A DNA stretch of 64,000 bases from a virus (taxonomy: Duplodnaviria > Caudoviricetes), in the IMG/VR virus record IMGVR_UViG_3300032007_000060, positions 18,229 through 82,228 of that record; one strand, written 5' to 3'. The position numbers and the translations under genes are program-made. Under the pieces are notes generated by a model that did no database searches, had not been told where the DNA came from, and saw only the letters and a program-made list of their open reading frames with translations. Below are positions 60,358 through 64,000 of the stretch, in pieces (position 1 is the stretch's first letter; each line of letters begins with the position of its first letter).

Positions 60358-61695
60358 TTAGAAGTAAATTACACCTAATGGTGTTGCAGGTACAGTTTTT
60401 TCTCTTGGTCCGTATAGTCCGCCTCTCCACATGTCGGGGCAGTGGTCGTTTATTTTTAATGGTTTGTCTTCGCCTTTTTGTTGGGCTTTTTTATCCCAGC
60501 TGTAAGTTTGAGCTTGACTTATGCTGTTGGTGCAGTCTTGGTGTATGAAGAATCTGTTGTTGTTGAATAAGTCTTGAGTTTTTTTGATGTCTTCATATGT
60601 GTCTGGTGCGTAGGTTTTGACTTTGAGTTTTAATCGTGAGTCTTTTTGACAAGCGGTTTTAAGACTTGCTGCATCGTGAGGTAGGAATAATGTACTGTTC
60701 TCATTTAACTCGTACTTATCCTGTAATCCGATAATATCATCAACTCTTTCACTATCTGATTGTGTGACTCCAATATCTTCAGCATCATAGTAGGTTTCCT
60801 CAAGAAGATAATAGTTATTTCCCTGATTGATGTCTCTATGAATACCCATCACACCAAAAGTAGTGACTGTACTTACACCGTAGTCGCAGCAGATGTTAAT
60901 TTCATGAATTTGTTGATCTGCCGGAAATTCATTGTTAAGATAATTCCATGTGAAAACATTTTGAGTTGTGTCAAAACTATCATAGATTGCTCCTTCAGCA
61001 ATAACCCACTCACCCAATATATTCCTTTTATAGAATACCTCAGATTTCTGATTAACACGTTTCAATTCTTCCACATATTCCAATGGAAGATTAGGATTAT
61101 CATCTAAAAGGAACTTCCAAGTTTTAACAGTTCCTGCTTTTAATAAATCATGGTTGTTAATGTAATTAGTGAACAAATAATGATAAGGACTATCAGGGTT
61201 AGTGTTCCAGAACATTTTAGCTCCAACATCACTGCAACGACTGATGGCCATGTCTACCGCAGATTTTGGACATCTTGCTATCTCATCTGCTAACCATCCA
61301 CCAACACTCATACCTGCAATAACATCAACAGCTTTTTCATCATTGAAACCCATACAGTAACAGGTTTTACCATCAATAATTAATTCACCATCATGAGCAC
61401 GAAAATCATAAGGAATATCTTCAGTATTCATCATTGCCATTAAAGGTTTCAAAACATTACGCTTCAATGACTGTGAAGTTTTACCAGATATTAAAAATTC
61501 ATCAGAATTAGATTCAGCAAGAAAAGTCAACCACCTTGCATTACAGGTAATTGTCTTACCTGACCTTACTGATCCATAAGCAATATTAATCCAAGCATCA
61601 CTATTACGAAAGAAATCCACTGCAGTACGACCAAACTCACCATATTCAAAATAAGTTTTAGTCTCCTTCATCTTCTCGCCTATGCTTATCTTCAC
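60358..61695 (-). CDS. terminase large subunit
   Basis: YGSVRSGKT Walker A, WLADE Walker B, NTNPDSP, CCDYG and NDHCPD nuclease motifs. Confidence 0.95.
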   Translation of the reverse strand: MKISIGEKMKETKTYFEYGEFGRTAVDFFRNSDAWINIAYGSVRSGKTITCNARWLTFLAESNSDEFLISGKTSQSLKRNVLKPLMAMMNTEDIPYDFRAHDGELIIDGKTCYCMGFNDEKAVDVIAGMSVGGWLADEIARCPKSAVDMAISRCSDVGAKMFWNTNPDSPYHYLFTNYINNHDLLKAGTVKTWKFLLDDNPNLPLEYVEELKRVNQKSEVFYKRNILGEWVIAEGAIYDSFDTTQNVFTWNYLNNEFPADQQIHEINICCDYGVSTVTTFGVMGIHRDINQGNNYYLLEETYYDAEDIGVTQSDSERVDDIIGLQDKYELNENSTLFLPHDAASLKTACQKDSRLKLKVKTYAPDTYEDIKKTQDLFNNNRFFIHQDCTNSISQAQTYSWDKKAQQKGEDKPLKINDHCPDMWRGGLYGPREKTVPATPLGVIYF

Positions 61696-62071
61696 TTGAT
61701 TTTATAGCATCAGCAAGACCAGATAAACCTTTATGAGTAACATCAGCTTCAATTTTTTCACGTTTACCATACATGTTCGGATGTCTTCTTTCCAACATCC
61801 ATGCTGCAGCTTGCCAATGTTCCATACTTGCTGAAACAATGACCTGTTCAAAGTTATGTAACGCTTTATTTTTCGCTGTTTCAACACAATCTTTGAACCT
61901 CACATATTTCGTTCTAGTCTTTGCTTCTTTTGCTCTATTAATCCAGTTATAATAAGTTTTTTCATCAATTCCAACATAACCACAAGCCCCAAGAATACTA
62001 CTTCCATTTTCTATAGCTTCACAAAACTTAGCTTGCAATTCTGGGGTCAATTTCTGATTATATCTTGCCAT
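61658..62071 (-). CDS. terminase small subunit
   Basis: HTH (SILGACGYVGIDEKTYYNW), WQAAAWMLERRHP, directly upstream of TerL. Confidence 0.8.
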   Translation of the reverse strand: MARYNQKLTPELQAKFCEAIENGSSILGACGYVGIDEKTYYNWINRAKEAKTRTKYVRFKDCVETAKNKALHNFEQVIVSASMEHWQAAAWMLERRHPNMYGKREKIEADVTHKGLSGLADAIKSSEDKHRREDEGD

Positions 62072-62125
62072 ACTGGAACCTCCTTTTTTTATTTACTGGA
62101 AACACTGGATACAATAAAAAAAATA

Positions 62126-63139
62126 TTACGAAATTTTATCAAGAATATTATACCTGATATGCTCTGCAATAGCTTTCATCAGGTTGGGTGGTACACTATT
62201 TCCAATTCTTTCTTTGATTTGATTATCCGAACCTATCCACTTGAAAGTGTTAGGAGGATAAGTGAAAGATTGAAGTATACTGAGTTCCTGCACATCAAGT
62301 TCTCTGTTTTCTTTGTAATGGACCAATTGTGGTTTTCGTGTGATTGTTGGACATGGTTTATTGGGTCTTACCCTAAGACATTTGTAATGGAGAATGTCTC
62401 TGGGATGATTAAAGGTAATATGAAAATTATCTTCAAAGACATATTAACCCAATTAAAAGCATCAGGTTATGATGTTCGTGCAAAATTAATGAATGCACAA
62501 TATTATAATTGTCCTACAAGTAGGCAAAGGATGATTTTTATTGGAGTTAGGAAGGATTTAGGCATACCAGCAAGTCATCCTAAACCAACAAGTAAACCAA
62601 TCACAGTTCGTGAAGCAATTGGACATTTGGAAAATAAGATTAAACCTAATAATTCAAGTATTACAAGATATGCACATTACTTAAGACCAGGTCAAAAATC
62701 CGGTGACTTACCATATTTTCCAACAAAGACTCGGGATATTTATAGGGTATAACCCTCTGAGTAATCTAATATACTCATGATATAATTGATTTTTTGTATC
62801 GCAGAAATCTCGGGCTCCTGCGGTACTGAACCCTTGACATGGTGGTGAACCATCAAACAGATCAAGTTCTCCAGGTATTAGTCCTGTGGTTTCCAGTACT
62901 TTTTCAACACTTAACTTATGAATGTCACCATAATATACTGGTGTTTGTGGGAAGTTTCTTTGATATGTTGCTACTGCATGTGTGTCCATTTCTACAGCTA
63001 ATAATACTTTGTATCCTGCTAAATAGTAACCGTAACTTGAACCTCCGCATCCGCTGAATGTTGAAATTACTGTTGGTGGTTTATGAGTAGTCCTCTTTTG
63101 GGAGTTCATATCCACACCTTGGACAAGTAATGGTTTCAA
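62126..63139 (-). CDS. dcm: C5 cytosine DNA methyltransferase with an inverted central segment (OFF configuration)
   Basis: motifs I-IV (FSGCGG, EMD, GSPPCQGFS) on - at 62744-63139; motifs VI/VIII (FVMENV, TSRQRMIFIG) on + at 62375-62749; PCPTIT and motif X (RIGNSVPP) on - at 62126-62368. Confidence 0.9.
62365..62752. repeat. inversion junctions with a 7-bp inverted core
   Basis: TACCCTA at 62369-62375 (+) and 62743-62749 (-); hairpins GTCTTA-CCC-TAAGAC (62365-62379) and TTATA-GGG-TATAA (62740-62752). Confidence 0.85.
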
Positions 63140-63716
63140 TACTATCTGCTATGGATTCATCGTATTCTGGTTCGTCTTCTGGGATTATCATTGATGAGTC
63201 TAATGTTACTTCTTCATCGTTTTCTGCAAGTGTGTCATTGTTTAACTTGTTGTTTAATCCTGTGAAGCCAGTTATTTCAGAGTTGTCGAATCCGGTTAAA
63301 CCCATTTGGTTAAATCCTGATTCTTGTAAGTCGTTGAAGACTTGGTGTAATTTTTCTTCGTTCCAGTCTCCGCTTACACGATTCAATACTAGGTTTAATG
63401 CTTTTTCCATATCTTCAGATTCTAGGTTTTTGTCATTGTCTGGGAATACCCATCCGTAACTTTCGTTTAATCTGAGTAGGTTTACTTCAGCATATATGTT
63501 GTTATCTAATAAGTGTTGGTCGAATAGGACGTCGAATCTTTGATGTCCTCCGATTATACGATTATTAGATAGGTTGATTAGTATTGGTTCTACTATTCCA
63601 AAGTTATTGATACTGTTTTCTAGTTTCTTTTTTTCTTCTTTTGAGATTTGTCTAGGGTTGTAATTTGCTGGTACTAGGTCAGTTAGTTTTATTTTTTCAA
63701 TTTTCATCTTTTTCAT
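63081..63716 (-). CDS. ParB/Srx-like N-terminal domain protein
   Basis: IKLTDLVPANYNPRQIS...LENSINNFGIVEPILIN...IIGGHQR; C-terminal CPRC. Confidence 0.85.
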   Translation of the reverse strand: MKKMKIEKIKLTDLVPANYNPRQISKEEKKKLENSINNFGIVEPILINLSNNRIIGGHQRFDVLFDQHLLDNNIYAEVNLLRLNESYGWVFPDNDKNLESEDMEKALNLVLNRVSGDWNEEKLHQVFNDLQESGFNQMGLTGFDNSEITGFTGLNNKLNNDTLAENDEEVTLDSSMIIPEDEPEYDESIADSIETITCPRCGYELPKEDYS

Positions 63717-63821
63717 CTTCCTAACTTTTTTTTATACCAAACCCTATTTTCATTAAAAATTTGATTATTTAATGAGCATGAATAAAAAATAAATAAATAT
63801 TGGGGATGAGTTTCTTTTTTT

Positions 63822-64000
63822 TCATAATCCCCAGAATTTTAATATTACAGTCACAGCTAATGTGACAATAGGTGTTCCTACACCAAAAATAGTTAACATA
63901 GTATTACGAAAACTATTAATACCACTTTTAAAATCAGTGAAACCTAATTTTAATGCACTTATTTCATCTTTTAAAGCTTTAATTTCATTATCATTATCTT
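63822..64000 (-). CDS. partial ORF: coiled coil plus C-terminal transmembrane helix (XhlA/holin-like)
   Basis: ...EIKALKDEISALK...TMLTIFGVGTPIVTLAVTVILKFWGL*; truncated by the window edge. Confidence 0.35.
   Translation of the reverse strand, partial: DNDNEIKALKDEISALKLGFTDFKSGINSFRNTMLTIFGVGTPIVTLAVTVILKFWGL

Noticed and set aside
62033-62368. N-terminal part of the 239-aa + strand ORF
   Set aside because: It is the antisense of the methyltransferase C-terminus; only 62369-62749 is genuine coding sequence, displaced by the inversion
877-63459. Numerous + strand ORFs antisense to the - strand operons (e.g. 3072..3407, 14306..14695, 25209..25661, 45504..45899)
   Set aside because: Ser/Phe/Leu-rich shadow ORFs of AT-rich coding sequence
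1-64000. tRNA or rRNA genes, inteins, group I introns, IS elements
   Set aside because: No cloverleaf/T-loop motifs, intein splice motifs or transposases recognised by eye; a tRNAscan/Infernal run would be needed to exclude them fully

Overview
The whole 64 kb window is viral: an AT-rich, tailed (Caudoviricetes) virus or provirus with a contractile tail, almost entirely encoded on the minus strand, with no host housekeeping genes. The host is inferred to be a Methanobacteriales archaeon (Methanobrevibacter-like), based on two pseudomurein-endoisopeptidase-like enzymes, a Methanobrevibacter-type adhesin and archaeal TATA/RBS signals. Layout: about 50 small early genes (HNH, ThyA, AP2-like, wHTH; 1-17 kb); an iteron-rich origin plus helicase/SSB/annealing module and a DUF1874 (AcrIII-1-like) gene (17-21 kb); a divergent AbrB-like switch (23.8 kb); cargo and two divergent tyrosine recombinases (24.7-30.1 kb); endolysin; tail-fibre/adhesin, baseplate, tail, head and packaging genes; and a C5 DNA methyltransferase next to a ParB-like gene. 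The main discovery is a three-locus DNA-inversion (phase-variation) system read directly from the sequence. (1) A six-way shufflon at 31.8-34.4 kb: five start-less alternative C-terminal tips of a tail-fibre gene, each beginning in frame at the same TCAGCAA core that occurs inverted inside the expressed gene. (2) A two-way switch at 38.0-39.0 kb that swaps the C-terminal lectin-like domain of a 1062-aa adhesin through a perfect 26-bp inverted repeat. (3) A C5 methyltransferase whose central ~370 bp is inverted between TACCCTA cores; flipping it back restores one in-frame ~330-aa enzyme, i.e. an apparent ON/OFF epigenetic switch. All functional calls come from motif recognition by eye; no database searches were run.
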